Assembly (NCBI GenBank): GCA_002420425.1
Contig: DIIC01000043.1
Span: 26,989 to 90,988, forward strand
Source: Proteobacteria bacterium UBA5680
GTDB lineage: Bacteria; Pseudomonadota; Gammaproteobacteria; Arenicellales; UBA5680
Reading direction: 5' to 3'
DNA: 64,000 nucleotides
The notes under the pieces were generated by a model that worked only from the letters and a program-made list of their open reading frames with translations, was not told the origin of the DNA and did no database searches. Made by a program: the position numbers and the translations under genes. The stretch's first letter is position 1. Every line of letters begins with the position of its first letter. Shown here piece after piece: positions 31,613-42,198 of the stretch.

Positions 31613-33649
31613 ATGACTCTGAAACAGCGAAAAATAGTGGTTACCAGTGCCCTGCCCTATGCCAATGGGCCCATCCACCTGGGCCACCTGGTGGAGTATA
31701 TTCAGACCGACATCTGGACGCGATTTCAACGCCTGCGTGGGCATGAGTGTTTCTATGTCTGTGCAGATGATGCCCATGGCACCCCGATTATGCTCAAGTC
31801 CCGTGATGAGTCGATCACTCCTGAGCAGTTGATAGAACGAATCGGCAAAGAACATCAGGCTGATTTTGCCGATTTTAATATCGCCTTTGACAACTACTAC
31901 TCTACCCACTCTGAGGAGAACAGAGGCTTTGCCGAACAGATCTTCTGTGCTCTCGATCAGGCGGGGCATATCGCACGAAGAACAATCGTTCAGGCCTATG
32001 ATCCTGAGGAGAATATCTTTCTTCCTGATCGTTTCATCCGTGGTGAATGCCCCAGGTGTGACGCCGGTGACCAGTATGGGGACAACTGTGAAGTCTGTGG
32101 CGCCACCTATTCACCCGTGGAGCTCAAGAACGCGGTCTCCGCTATCTCCGGTGCAAAGCCGGTAGAGAGGGAGTCTGAACACTTCTTCGTACAACTCGGT
32201 GACTTTGAAAGCATGCTTCGGGAGTGGACAGGGGCAGGTCATCTCCAACCGGAAGTCCGCAACAAACTTGAGGAGTGGTTTTCTGCAGGACTTCAGGACT
32301 GGGATATTTCGCGAGATGCCCCCTATTTTGGCTTTGAGATCCCTGGTCATCCCGACAAATATTTTTATGTCTGGCTGGATGCCCCAATCGGCTACATGGC
32401 CAGTTTCAAGAACTACTGTGATGCTCACGGCATGGATTTTATGAGCTATTGGGGAGAGAAATCAGAGGCTGAACTCTATCACTTCATCGGTAAGGACATA
32501 CTCTACTTCCATACCCTCTTCTGGCCAGCGATGCTGCACGGCTCCAATTTCAGGAAACCGACAGCCGTCTTTGCCCACGGCTTCCTCACTGTTAACGGGC
32601 TAAAGATGTCGAAATCCAGAAACACCTTCATTATGGCGAGAACCTATCTCAACCATCTTGACCCAGACTATCTGCGTTACTATTTTGCTGCCAAACTCAA
32701 CCACCGGGTTGAGGATATTGACCTCAATCTTGAGGACTTCATTCTCAGAGTCAATTCAGATCTTGTAGGAAAAATAGTCAACATTGCCAGTCGATGTGCT
32801 GGCTTCATCCATAAACGTTTTGATGATGAACTCGGCCCAGTGCTCGATGATAACGATCTCTTCCAGCGGATAACGGCCTCTTCTGAACAGATTGCTCTCT
32901 GTTATGAGAATCGGGAGTTCAGTAAGGCAATGCGCGTAATTATGGCGCTTGCCGATGAAGCCAACCAATACATCAGCGACCGGGAGCCCTGGGTAGTTGC
33001 AAAAACTGAGGGGCAGAGTGATCAACTCCAGGCAATATGTACCCAGGGACTGAACCTCTTCAGGGTTCTGATGACCTGGCTCTCACCTGTTGTCCCTTCA
33101 CTCTCTTCTCGGGTGGAGAACTTTCTCAACACCTCGATCTCACAACCGGGAGATTGGGAGAGCGTCTCTACACCACTTCATAACCACAAAATCACTCCAT
33201 TTCGTCATCTACTTAAGCGAGTTGAACAAAAGGACATTGATAACATGACCGACGAATCTGCAGAAATAGCAGAAAGTGCTTCCACAGAACCCTCCCGCCC
33301 TATGGCGAAAAATCCCATTGCAGAAGAGATAGGAATCGATACCTTTGCCAAAATCGATCTTCGGGTTGCCCTGGTAGCTGATGCCGGCCCTGTTGAAGGT
33401 GCCGACAAACTAATTCGTCTCACTCTCGATCTTGGTGGGGAGACCCGGAATGTCTTTGCTGGAATCAAATCTGCCTATGACCCAGCCAGGCTGATTGGTC
33501 GGATGGTGGTGATGGTTGCCAATCTCGCCCCCCGCAAGATGCGCTTTGGGGTATCAGAGGGGATGGTTCTCGCAGCAAGTTCGGATGAGAGTGGTCTCTA
33601 CATTCTCTCTCCTGATGAGGGTGCCGAACCAGGAATGCGCATCAGCTAA
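31613..33649 (+). CDS. metG: methionine--tRNA ligase (long form with C-terminal tRNA-binding domain)
   Basis: [12 protein letters not shown] (HIGH), KMSKS, the zinc knuckle [18 protein letters not shown], and a C-terminal EMAP/Trbp111-like domain. Confidence 0.95.
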   Translation: MTLKQRKIVVTSALPYANGPIHLGHLVEYIQTDIWTRFQRLRGHECFYVCADDAHGTPIMLKSRDESITPEQLIERIGKEHQADFADFNIAFDNYYSTHSEENRGFAEQIFCALDQAGHIARRTIVQAYDPEENIFLPDRFIRGECPRCDAGDQYGDNCEVCGATYSPVELKNAVSAISGAKPVERESEHFFVQLGDFESMLREWTGAGHLQPEVRNKLEEWFSAGLQDWDISRDAPYFGFEIPGHPDKYFYVWLDAPIGYMASFKNYCDAHGMDFMSYWGEKSEAELYHFIGKDILYFHTLFWPAMLHGSNFRKPTAVFAHGFLTVNGLKMSKSRNTFIMARTYLNHLDPDYLRYYFAAKLNHRVEDIDLNLEDFILRVNSDLVGKIVNIASRCAGFIHKRFDDELGPVLDDNDLFQRITASSEQIALCYENREFSKAMRVIMALADEANQYISDREPWVVAKTEGQSDQLQAICTQGLNLFRVLMTWLSPVVPSLSSRVENFLNTSISQPGDWESVSTPLHNHKITPFRHLLKRVEQKDIDNMTDESAEIAESASTEPSRPMAKNPIAEEIGIDTFAKIDLRVALVADAGPVEGADKLIRLTLDLGGETRNVFAGIKSAYDPARLIGRMVVMVANLAPRKMRFGVSEGMVLAASSDESGLYILSPDEGAEPGMRIS

Positions 33650-33688
33650 GGCCAGGGCTTCACCCTAACGACGCCACCCATCAACAGC

Positions 33689-34336
33689 ATGGAACCAAGC
33701 CTGCCGACGACCTCAGATTTTGATCGCTGGTTGCCCCAGATCCACTGCACCCAATGCGGGTATCCCGGCTGTTTCGAATATGCTGAGGCAATGGCCGACG
33801 GGAAGGCCAATATCAATCTCTGCCCTCCGGGGGAGAGCGTCACGCTCGGGGGGCTGGCCAAACTCTCAGGGTGTGATCCCATCAACCTTAGTAGCGAGGT
33901 TGGAACTGCCTCTAAGCGACAATACGCTGTGGTTGATGAGCCTAATTGTACAGGCTGTACACTTTGCATCCAGGCCTGCCCGGTTGATGCCATTGTCGGT
34001 GCGGCAAAATACATGCACTCTGTCATTATCTCATTTTGTACTGGCTGTGAGCGCTGCCTCCCAGTCTGCCCAGTAGACTGCATCCTCCTTGAGCCAACCC
34101 CAAAGGCGGATAGGGGTAGCTTCTGGAAGGAGTACACAGCAGAGGAGGCCATGAGCTCCAGAGAACGTTACCGATTAAGGAAACTTCGCCTCAGCCAAGA
34201 GGCCGAAAAAAACAAACTTCAATCATCAACTCTCTCGACTTCAGAAAGTTCAGAGCTTAGAGATGAAATACTTGAAGCGGTCAGCCGGGTTCGAAAACGA
34301 CGTCTGTTGTTAACCCAAAAAGGGGACAACGATTGA
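33689..34336 (+). CDS. RnfB/RsxB-like ferredoxin lacking the membrane anchor
   Basis: Fe-S domain CTQCGYPGCFEYAEAMADGKANINLCPPG plus two 4Fe-4S motifs (CTGCTLCIQACP and CTGCERCLPVCP). It has no N-terminal TM helix. The C-terminal tail is charged. It overlaps nth by 4 nt. Confidence 0.8.
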   Translation: MEPSLPTTSDFDRWLPQIHCTQCGYPGCFEYAEAMADGKANINLCPPGESVTLGGLAKLSGCDPINLSSEVGTASKRQYAVVDEPNCTGCTLCIQACPVDAIVGAAKYMHSVIISFCTGCERCLPVCPVDCILLEPTPKADRGSFWKEYTAEEAMSSRERYRLRKLRLSQEAEKNKLQSSTLSTSESSELRDEILEAVSRVRKRRLLLTQKGDND

Positions 34337-34983
34337 AACCCAAACAACGAACAAAGCTCTTTGAGCGACTCAGGGACGCAATACCCGCTCCCTCCTCTGA
34401 ACTTAAATACAACTCTCACTATGAGTTGTTGGTTGCTGTTGTTCTCTCTGCACAAGCCACGGATATTTCCGTCAACCGAGCCACAAAGACCCTATTTCCA
34501 CAAGCCAATACGCCAGAAGCAATGATAGCGCTTGGCGTTAAACGACTAAAAGGACACATCAAGGCCATAGGCCTCTATAACAGCAAGGCCAAACACATCA
34601 TCAAACTCTCCCAACTCCTGATTGAGCGGCATCAGAGTAAGGTTCCAGCATCCCGAAAAGAGCTGGAGGCACTGCCTGGAGTGGGGCGGAAAACAGCTAA
34701 CGTGATTCTCAATACCGCCTTTGGGAAGCCCACCATCGCTGTCGATACCCATCTCTTCAGAGTCTCCAACAGAACAGGCCTTGCACCAGGAAAGGATGTC
34801 AGGGAAGTGGAAGACCAACTGATGAAAAGAGTCCCTGATGAATTCAAGATGGGTGCCCACCACTGGCTTATTCTGCATGGCCGTTACACCTGTACAGCGC
34901 GAAAACCAAGATGCCGCAGCTGTACTATTCAAGAACTCTGTCAGTTCCAAGAGAAGCAAATCAACCCCAACCAGGGGGAATGA
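34333..34983 (+). CDS. nth: endonuclease III
   Basis: Motifs ELLVAVVLSAQATD and the HhH LPGVGRKTANVIL. Fe-S cluster loop CTARKPRCRSCTIQELC. TTG start, which aligns with the E. coli Nth N-terminus. Confidence 0.95.
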   Translation: MKPKQRTKLFERLRDAIPAPSSELKYNSHYELLVAVVLSAQATDISVNRATKTLFPQANTPEAMIALGVKRLKGHIKAIGLYNSKAKHIIKLSQLLIERHQSKVPASRKELEALPGVGRKTANVILNTAFGKPTIAVDTHLFRVSNRTGLAPGKDVREVEDQLMKRVPDEFKMGAHHWLILHGRYTCTARKPRCRSCTIQELCQFQEKQINPNQGE

Positions 34984-35004
34984 TTTAATCAGACCGCCTG
35001 AAGA

Positions 35005-35748
35005 TCACTCCAAGTGGTTTCGCTGTCGAACTGCCTCATAGAGAATGATCCCTGCTGCAACAGAGACATTAAGGCTTGAAACACTCCCTGCCATGGGAAT
35101 ATTGATCAGCCGATCACACTGCTCCCGGGTCAATCGACGAAGCCCTCTCCCCTCACTACCAAGGACGACGGCAAGCGGCCCATCCAGATCAACACTATAG
35201 AGCGATTCCTCACCCTCCTCGGCTGCACCGATAACCCAGATTCCCCTCTGTTTGAGCAGTTTGATTGTCCTGACCAGATTCTTGACCCGGTAGAGGGGAA
35301 GGGCTTCCGCTGCTCCCGAGGCCACTCTTCTGACAACCCCAGTGAGCTGGGCGGATCTGTCGTTGGGAATAATCACGGCCTGAACACCTGCAGCATCCGC
35401 CGAGCGCAGAGCCGCGCCCAGATTGTGCGGATCTTCAACCCCATCGAGAATCAACACAAAGGGGGGGATATTGAGACTGTCAAGCCACTGCTCCAGGGGG
35501 AGTTTTTCTGCAGCGGTTGAATTCAGCAGAACAACAACATCCTGATGTCGTTCCCCCCCTGAGAGAGTATCAAGATGTGAACGTTCAACTCGTCTGATTG
35601 AGAGCCCTACTCTCTGGCACTCGGCAATCAGCCCTTTGAGGCGTCGGTTCCTACTTTCACCGTAGACACAGATCTCATCCACCTGTTCACAGTTTCTTTT
35701 GATCAGCGCCTCTACCGCATGAATCCCATAAACAAGGGGGCGCTTCAT
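35005..35748 (-). CDS. rlmB: 23S rRNA (guanosine2251-2'-O)-methyltransferase
   Basis: SpoU/TrmH motifs (DGVEDPHNLGAALRSADAAG and SLNVSVAAGIILYE). It lies downstream of rnr as in E. coli. Confidence 0.9.
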   Translation of the reverse strand: MKRPLVYGIHAVEALIKRNCEQVDEICVYGESRNRRLKGLIAECQRVGLSIRRVERSHLDTLSGGERHQDVVVLLNSTAAEKLPLEQWLDSLNIPPFVLILDGVEDPHNLGAALRSADAAGVQAVIIPNDRSAQLTGVVRRVASGAAEALPLYRVKNLVRTIKLLKQRGIWVIGAAEEGEESLYSVDLDGPLAVVLGSEGRGLRRLTREQCDRLINIPMAGSVSSLNVSVAAGIILYEAVRQRNHLE

Positions 35749-37952
35749 CGCTTCCGCCTTGCCTTTCTTTTTCTGCCACCTGAGACTGGGCTCTCTGGTT
35801 CAAAGTCAATTCGACCCTCATCAAGGTCAACCCGTACTACTCTGACAACAATGTTCTGACCCAGTCGAAACGTCTTCCCTGTATGTTCTCCGGTGAGCTG
35901 GTATTGGACTGGATCAAAGTGAAAATAGTCCTCTCCCAGAGCAGTGACATGAGCAAGCCCTTCAACATGGAGTTCGCCAAGTTCAACAAAGAGACCAAAA
36001 TTGGTCACTGCCGTTACCACGCCGTGGTGGACTTCGCCGATACGATCGAGCATATACTCCGCCTTCAGCCATTTCACTGCATCCCGAGTAGCGTCATCGG
36101 CTCGTCGCTCTGTCATAGAACAATGCTCAGCTATTTGAGGTAAATGTTTGATTTTCCTACTCTTTCCTTTTTTCAGGATTGATTTGATCAAACGATGCAC
36201 AACAAGATCCGGATAGCGTCGAATGGGCGATGTGAAGTGGGTGTAGTGGTCATAACCGAGGGCAAAATGGCCTCGCTCCTCTGTTGCATAGACGGCCTGA
36301 GAGAGTGATCGCAACATCATGGTCTGGATCACAAGGGCCAGTTCCGGTCGGGAGTGCGCACTTCTGATTGTTTTCTCATAGTCAGCAGCATGAGGGGTTG
36401 CCCCTCCACCCAGACTCAGGCCAAAAACGCCCAGAAACTTTCGCAGATCCTCCAGCCGGTCCGGTTCAGGACCATCATGATTGCGAAAGATACCCTGGTC
36501 GCTCTTCTCGGCAAGAAAGTGAGCAGCTGACTCATTGGCCACCAGCATGCAAGCTTCAATCAGCTTGTGAGCATCATTACGCTCACGCAGATCGATGCGC
36601 TCAATCTTTCCGGCATGGTCATGAACAATAACCGGCTCAGGGATCTCGAAATCGATAGTCCCTCGTCGCCCTCTTGCCCGAGCCAATGCTTGATAGAGAC
36701 TGTAGAGGGTTTCCAGCTGGGGAAGAATCTTCTTCCGCTTTTTTCGTGTAACCCGGTCTCCATCCACTAAAATGGCGGCCACCTCATCATAGGTAAGTCG
36801 GGCGGCCGAGCGCATCACCGCCTCATGGAACTGATAGTGCTTGACTCCCCCCCCCGGGGTGATAAGGAGCTCACAGACCAGACAGAGCCGGTCAACATCA
36901 GGGTTGATAGAACAGATGCCATTGGAGAGTCTCTCCGGCAGCATGGGGAGAACCCGATCCGGAAAGTAGACAGAGTTGCCTCTCTCCTGGGCTTCACGAT
37001 CAAGCACTGATCCCGTTTGTACATAGTGCCCCACATCGGCAATTGCCACCAGCAACCGCCACCCTTTGCCCTCTTTCTGGGCAAAGACAGCGTCGTCAAA
37101 ATCACGGGCATCAGCACCATCTATGGTAATCAGGGGCGTCTTTCTAAGGTCAAGGCGGCCGGCAAGCGACTTATTCTCAACCCGTTGAGAAATTTTATCT
37201 GCACTGGCGATAACATCGGCCGGCCAACCCACCGGGAGGCCATGCTTGCGAATGGCTATTTCAGTCTCCATTCCCGGCGCCATCTCCTGTCCAAGAATCT
37301 CAACAATATGACCGGAGGGGGGGAGCCTGTCAGTCGGCTGACGGATAATCCTGATGACCACAATCTCACCCGGCTTTGCTTTTCTCCTTTTCTGACCGGA
37401 AACCACAATATCCTGAATCAAACGGCGATCATCAGGAGCGACAAAACCAATCCCATCATGTTCAATAAAACGACCGACTACCTCACGGTTGTGGTGCTCA
37501 AGCACTTCGACAATACGTCCCTCACGCCGACCCCGGTGGTCAACCCGGCTGACAGTGGCCAGCACCCGGTCCCCATGGAGTACCTTGCGCATTTGACGAG
37601 GAGAGAGAAAAAGATCATCTCCCTCCCCTGTGGCAAGAAAGCCAAACCCATCGGGATGGCCAACAATACTGCCCTGAATCATGTCGAGTTTCTGGGGGAG
37701 TGAGTAGCGACCCCGACGATCACAGATGAGCTTGCCTTTTTTACACAAACGATCGAGTGCTCTGGTGAGCTTATAGTTCTCCTGCCCTTTATTTAGCCCA
37801 AGGGCCTTGGTCAAAGCAGTAAGTGTGAGCGGCTGCTTTGCATTCGCCAGCAGGTCGATGATCTGTGTGGATCGGATAGAGGGCATTCGTGTGGCCGTCG
37901 AAGGCTTGAACGGCTGCTTTTTTTTACTCTTTTTACGAGCTTTCGTTGACAT
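35745..37952 (-). CDS. rnr: ribonuclease R
   Basis: Cold-shock/OB domains, an RNB domain (DGADARDFDDAV ... HFTSPIRRYPDL), S1 and a basic tail. ATG 37952 is preferred. The track GTG at 38009 abuts the tRNA gene. Confidence 0.9.
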   Translation of the reverse strand: MSTKARKKSKKKQPFKPSTATRMPSIRSTQIIDLLANAKQPLTLTALTKALGLNKGQENYKLTRALDRLCKKGKLICDRRGRYSLPQKLDMIQGSIVGHPDGFGFLATGEGDDLFLSPRQMRKVLHGDRVLATVSRVDHRGRREGRIVEVLEHHNREVVGRFIEHDGIGFVAPDDRRLIQDIVVSGQKRRKAKPGEIVVIRIIRQPTDRLPPSGHIVEILGQEMAPGMETEIAIRKHGLPVGWPADVIASADKISQRVENKSLAGRLDLRKTPLITIDGADARDFDDAVFAQKEGKGWRLLVAIADVGHYVQTGSVLDREAQERGNSVYFPDRVLPMLPERLSNGICSINPDVDRLCLVCELLITPGGGVKHYQFHEAVMRSAARLTYDEVAAILVDGDRVTRKKRKKILPQLETLYSLYQALARARGRRGTIDFEIPEPVIVHDHAGKIERIDLRERNDAHKLIEACMLVANESAAHFLAEKSDQGIFRNHDGPEPDRLEDLRKFLGVFGLSLGGGATPHAADYEKTIRSAHSRPELALVIQTMMLRSLSQAVYATEERGHFALGYDHYTHFTSPIRRYPDLVVHRLIKSILKKGKSRKIKHLPQIAEHCSMTERRADDATRDAVKWLKAEYMLDRIGEVHHGVVTAVTNFGLFVELGELHVEGLAHVTALGEDYFHFDPVQYQLTGEHTGKTFRLGQNIVVRVVRVDLDEGRIDFEPESPVSGGRKRKARRKR

Positions 37953-38013
37953 TAAAATGGGATATTGGTTAGAGTTGCCGGCCTTCCGATGCTCCGTTTT
38001 ACGGAACACCTAT

Positions 38014-38100
38014 GCCGAGGTGGCGGAATTGGTAGACGCGCCAGCTTCAGGTGCTGGTGGGGGTAACCCCGTGGAGGTTCAAGTCCTCTCCTCGGCACCA
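38014..38100 (+). tRNA. tRNA-Leu (anticodon CAG), 87 nt, CCA encoded
   Basis: The sequence GCCGAGGTGGCGGAATTGGTAGACGCGCCAGCTTCAGGTGCTGG...GGTTCAAGTCCTCTCCTCGGCACCA folds as a class II cloverleaf with a long variable arm. It is nearly collinear with E. coli leuQPV. Confidence 0.95.
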
Positions 38101-38274
38101 AATCAAAAGATCATCACAAAGTATCTTTAACTATAAAAAACATTGTTTTAAAAGGACTTTTTCTTGTGATTTAATTCCGTTCTCTCCCTCCGTCTCTGAA
38201 TATCCCTTTTATGGACCCCCAGTGGGAAGCGAGTGTAACGCAGATTAATCCTTTTTACACATCTGTCAAGATGC

Positions 38275-39261
38275 TCATAAAACCAGATGACAGGCAACCG
38301 AGTGGCCCCGATTAACATTTCTCAGCTTTGGCCTTTCATTTATGCACCGTTCACTGACATGTGGGCATCGGGTGTGAAAAACACAACCAGAGGGTGGCGA
38401 GGTAGGTGATGGCAGGTCACCCTCAATCAGGATCAGTTCCCTTGTTTTCTCAATCTCCGGGTCAGGGATCGGTACTGCCGAAATAAGCGCCTGGGTATAA
38501 GGGTGTTGTGGCTGAGCATAGAGATCAGCACTGTCAGCCAACTCCACCATATTACCCAAATAGAGCACCAAGATCCGGGTGCTGATGTGTTTTACTACAC
38601 TCAGGTCATGGGCGATAAAGATGAGTGCAAGCTCCATCTCATCCTGGAGCTGTTTTAAAAGATTGATGACCTGTGCCTGAATTGAGACATCGAGTGCTGA
38701 AACAGGTTCATCACAAATAATCAGTTTTGGTTTGAGTATGAGCGCACGGGCAATACCGATACGCTGGCACTGCCCCCCGGAGAACTCATGGGGATAACGA
38801 TTAATAAGATTGGAGAGCAAACCCACCTTCGACATCACCTCTCTGACCGCCTCTTTTACTTCAGAGGCCGATAACGTTGGAAAATGGGTCTTCAGGGGTT
38901 CGGCTATTATCTCTCCGACCGTCATCCTTGGATTAAGACTGGCAAGAGGGTCCTGAAAAACCATCTGTATCCGTTTTCTGTGTTCCCGAAGGGCCTGTTT
39001 ATCAAGTTTTAGAAGATCACTCCCCAGAAAGACCACTTCACCCGACTCTACCGGAACCATGCGGGTGATAGCTCGTGCCAGCGTCGACTTGCCACATCCT
39101 GACTCACCCACAATGCCAAGGGTTTCGCCACCTTCCAACTCAAAGCTGACCCCATCAATGGCCTTGAGAGTATGGTGTTTTGTCCACGGCATTGCCCCCT
39201 GGGGGGAGACATTAAAATAGACCTTGAGGTCATCGATACGCATCAGCGGAGAGAGCCTCAT
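38275..39261 (-). CDS. oppF: oligopeptide ABC transporter ATP-binding protein
   Basis: Walker A GESGCGKST, signature FSGGQCQRIGIARAL, and a C-terminal oligopeptide-type extension. ATG 39261 overlaps the oppD stop (ATGA). Confidence 0.85.
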   Translation of the reverse strand: MRLSPLMRIDDLKVYFNVSPQGAMPWTKHHTLKAIDGVSFELEGGETLGIVGESGCGKSTLARAITRMVPVESGEVVFLGSDLLKLDKQALREHRKRIQMVFQDPLASLNPRMTVGEIIAEPLKTHFPTLSASEVKEAVREVMSKVGLLSNLINRYPHEFSGGQCQRIGIARALILKPKLIICDEPVSALDVSIQAQVINLLKQLQDEMELALIFIAHDLSVVKHISTRILVLYLGNMVELADSADLYAQPQHPYTQALISAVPIPDPEIEKTRELILIEGDLPSPTSPPSGCVFHTRCPHVSERCINERPKLRNVNRGHSVACHLVL

Positions 39262-40232
39262 CTTAAAGCCCCAGCTGTTGCAAAGCACGCCTTCAGGTGA
39301 CGATCATGGTGGGCCAGTGGAGTGAGCACAGGGATCGCCTCAAGACAGCGTTCACGGCAATATTGGCAGCGCTCAGAAAAAGGACACCCTTTGGGCAGCT
39401 CCATCATATTGGGGGGCGTACCGGGTATCGTTGTCAGGCTCTCGTCATCATGATCAAGACGGGGCACAGCGGTCAGCAACCCCTGGGTATAGGGGTGGGC
39501 AGGTGAGCGGTAGAGTTCACCTGTTGATGCCATCTCCATTACTCGCCCCCCATACATCACCAGGATCTCATCGCTATGACCGGCAACAACACCGAGGTCG
39601 TGGGTAATGAGGATAATTGCAGTGCCCAACTCACGCTGAATCTCTCCGAGGAGTCGCATAATCTGCGCCTGGATGGTCACATCAAGCGCTGTCGTGGGTT
39701 CATCTGCGATCAATAGTCTGGGGCGGCAGAGGAGTGACATGGCGATCATCACCCTCTGGCGCATACCCCCCGAAAACTCATGAGGATACATTCGGATACG
39801 CTCTTTTGCTGATGGGATCTTTACCGCATCAAGCATCTCAATCGAATCCCTGATGGCATCGGTTCTGCTCATCCCTTTGTGGCAGACCAACACTTCGGCC
39901 ATCTGGTCTGAGATTCGCATATAGGGGTTGAGGCTGGTCATCGGATCCTGAAAGATCATGGAGATCTTGTTGGCTCGGATACGATTCATCTCGGCATAAC
40001 TTCGCCCCAGCATCTCCTCACCCTCCATCTTTACACTGCCGCTAGCCCGGCCATTGTGTGCCAGCAACCCCATGAGGGAGAAGACTGCCTGACTCTTGCC
40101 ACTACCGCTCTCACCGACAATAGCCAAAGTGGTGCCATTATCTACTTTGAAATTGAGATCGGTGACAGCCCGAACCACCCCTTCGGGGGTATCGAATTCA
40201 ACCGAGAGGCCGGATACTTCCAGAAGGCTCAT
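39258..40232 (-). CDS. oppD: oligopeptide ABC transporter ATP-binding protein
   Basis: Walker [10 protein letters not shown] and signature [18 protein letters not shown] 40232 ([13 protein letters not shown]) is used. The track start at 40421 would overlap oppC. Confidence 0.85.
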   Translation of the reverse strand: MSLLEVSGLSVEFDTPEGVVRAVTDLNFKVDNGTTLAIVGESGSGKSQAVFSLMGLLAHNGRASGSVKMEGEEMLGRSYAEMNRIRANKISMIFQDPMTSLNPYMRISDQMAEVLVCHKGMSRTDAIRDSIEMLDAVKIPSAKERIRMYPHEFSGGMRQRVMIAMSLLCRPRLLIADEPTTALDVTIQAQIMRLLGEIQRELGTAIILITHDLGVVAGHSDEILVMYGGRVMEMASTGELYRSPAHPYTQGLLTAVPRLDHDDESLTTIPGTPPNMMELPKGCPFSERCQYCRERCLEAIPVLTPLAHHDRHLKACFATAGALR

Positions 40233-40236
40233 GCCC

Positions 40237-41181
40237 CTACCTGTCCTTTGGATCGAGTGCATCACGCAACCCATCACCAATAAAGTAGAAACAGAACAGA
40301 GAGACGACAAAGAAGGCCAAGGGGAAGAGGAGTTGCCACTCCACCCCATATTGGATGGTTCCAGCCCCCTCCGATATGAGTGCACCCCAACTGGTATTAG
40401 GTTCCTGAACACCAAGGCCAAGAAAAGAGATAAAGCTCTCTGTCAGGATCATATTTGGTACCAGGAGGGTCGCGTAGACAACAACAACACCGAGCAGATT
40501 GGGGATGATATGCCGGAGGATGATCCGTGACCCCGGAACACCGATTGAGCGGGCAGCCTCGACAAACTCCTTGTTCTTCAGGGCCAGTGTCTGGCCTCGT
40601 ACAATACGACTCATATCGAGCCAGGAGATGAGGCCTATCCCAATGAAGAGCATGATGATAGAGCGTCCAAAAACAACCAACAGGAGGATGAGCACAAACA
40701 TGTAGGGGATTGACATCAGGATATCAACGATTCGCATCATCACCTGGTCTGTTCGCCCCCCCACGTAGCCTGAGATGGCTCCGTAGAGTGTTCCCACAAT
40801 CACAGCGATCATGGCGCCCACCACCCCCACCATGAGGGAGATCTGGGTGCCCTGCACAACACGTGCATAGAGATCACGGCCCATTTCATCCGCCCCGAAG
40901 AAGTGACCACTCTCTAGTGAGGGCTGTCCTTTCTCAGCCACCATCCCGAGGATAGCCCAGTCGATCTCCTCATTGGACCAGTCAGAGAAGTGAGCGCCCA
41001 GCAACGAAAAGAGGACTATGATCACCAGGATAGCCAGACTGGTAATAGCAGCACGGTTGAGCATAAAACGACGCCGTGCATCTCCCCAGAGGGAGCGGCC
41101 CTTTACTTCATCCAGGGTGGAGAGATGCTCGGCCATGGCTTCGACTTTTTTCTCTCCCGGAAACATTATCTTAAACCTCAA
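40237..41181 (-). CDS. oppC: oligopeptide ABC transporter permease
   Basis: OppC-type N-terminus (GRSLWGDARRRF) and a BPD_transp_1 EAA loop. The exact start is ambiguous (41181, 41166 or 41136). Confidence 0.85.
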   Translation of the reverse strand: MRFKIMFPGEKKVEAMAEHLSTLDEVKGRSLWGDARRRFMLNRAAITSLAILVIIVLFSLLGAHFSDWSNEEIDWAILGMVAEKGQPSLESGHFFGADEMGRDLYARVVQGTQISLMVGVVGAMIAVIVGTLYGAISGYVGGRTDQVMMRIVDILMSIPYMFVLILLLVVFGRSIIMLFIGIGLISWLDMSRIVRGQTLALKNKEFVEAARSIGVPGSRIILRHIIPNLLGVVVVYATLLVPNMILTESFISFLGLGVQEPNTSWGALISEGAGTIQYGVEWQLLFPLAFFVVSLFCFYFIGDGLRDALDPKDR

Positions 41182-42101
41182 TAACGAATCTTTGGGTCGA
41201 TCCAGGCGTAGAGCAGGTCAACCACAAGATTGAAGAGTATCGTCAAGGCACCAAAAAGTATGGTGATTCCCATCATCACGGAATAATCGCGATTGGTAGC
41301 CGAATTAACGAAAAAATAGCCCATCCCCCCGGTAGAAAAGTAGATATCGATGACCACAGAACCGGTAATCATGCCGACAAAAGCGGGACCAAGATAGGAG
41401 ATCACCGGCAACATTGCCGGCTTCAGGGCGTGACGCAGGATGATGGTACGGTATGGAAGCCCTTTTGCCTTGGCCGTCCGGATAAAATTGGTGTTTAGCA
41501 CCTCCAGCATGGAGGATCGAGTGATGCGGGCAATCGAGGCCATATAGCTGGTTGAGAGGGCGATCACCGGCATAACAAGATATTGCCACTCCCCACCTGA
41601 CCACCCTCCTCCGGGCAGCCACCCCAACCACAGGGTAAAGGTGATCACCAACAGGGGGGCCATCACAAAGTTGGGAAGAACCTGTGCACCAATAGTGATT
41701 CCCACTGCGATGTAGTCGATCCAGCTGTTCTGTCGAATTGCCGCAATAACCCCGAGGGAGAGGCCGACAACAACGGCAACAATAAATGAGAGGAACCCGT
41801 AAGTGAGTGTGATCGGAAACCCCTGCTCAATAATCTCGTTGACGGTACGATCCTTGTATCGAAATGAGGGACCAAAATCGAACTCGGTCAGAATGCCCCA
41901 GGTGTAGTTGACCATCTGTTGCCAGATCGGAAGATCAAGGCCGTATTTGGCTTCAATATTGGCCAGAACCTGTGGGGGCAGAGGTCGCTCAGAGGTAAAG
42001 GGGCCTCCTGGTGCAGCATGCATCAGCAGGAATGAGATTATTATCAGGATCAGCAGCGTAGGGAGTGCTATGGCAATCCGCCTGATCACATAGTTCAGCA
42101 T
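41178..42101 (-). CDS. oppB: oligopeptide ABC transporter permease
   Basis: MLNYVIRRIAIALPTLLILIIISF start and the EAA region FIRTAKAKGLPYRTIILRHALKPA. Confidence 0.85.
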   Translation of the reverse strand: MLNYVIRRIAIALPTLLILIIISFLLMHAAPGGPFTSERPLPPQVLANIEAKYGLDLPIWQQMVNYTWGILTEFDFGPSFRYKDRTVNEIIEQGFPITLTYGFLSFIVAVVVGLSLGVIAAIRQNSWIDYIAVGITIGAQVLPNFVMAPLLVITFTLWLGWLPGGGWSGGEWQYLVMPVIALSTSYMASIARITRSSMLEVLNTNFIRTAKAKGLPYRTIILRHALKPAMLPVISYLGPAFVGMITGSVVIDIYFSTGGMGYFFVNSATNRDYSVMMGITILFGALTILFNLVVDLLYAWIDPKIRY

Positions 42102-42145
42102 TGCGGAGGACCTTCTTTAGTACTCAACCGGGAGTGTACCCCGTT

Positions 42146-42184
42146 GGAAAAAGAGTCGGGGCACTACTCTGTAGCAGTGCCCCG
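42146..42184 (-). terminator. intercistronic stem-loop plus U-tract between oppA and oppB
   Basis: Minus-sense CGGGGCACUGCU-acag-AGUAGUGCCCCG forms 12 bp (one G-U pair) with a tetraloop, followed by ACUCUUUUUCC. It starts 14 nt after the oppA stop. Confidence 0.6.
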
Positions 42185-42198
42185 ATCTTAGGGTCGAA

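Noticed and set aside
33646-34152. 168-aa ORF antisense to the rnfB-like gene and the metG 3' end
   Set aside because: It overlaps two well-supported genes, and its sequence has no family resemblance.
37017-37703. 228-aa ORF on the plus strand inside rnr
   Set aside because: It is antisense to the RNB domain of RNase R. The sequence is low-complexity with no motifs, and there is no independent SD or promoter context.
38101-38274. tRNA-Leu 3' flank as a genomic-island attachment site
   Set aside because: I looked for an integrase, a phage gene, or a direct repeat of the tRNA 3' end (..TCCTCTCCTCGGCACCA) elsewhere in the window and found none. Only a weak 7-bp inverted repeat (ATCACAA/TTGTGAT) is present.
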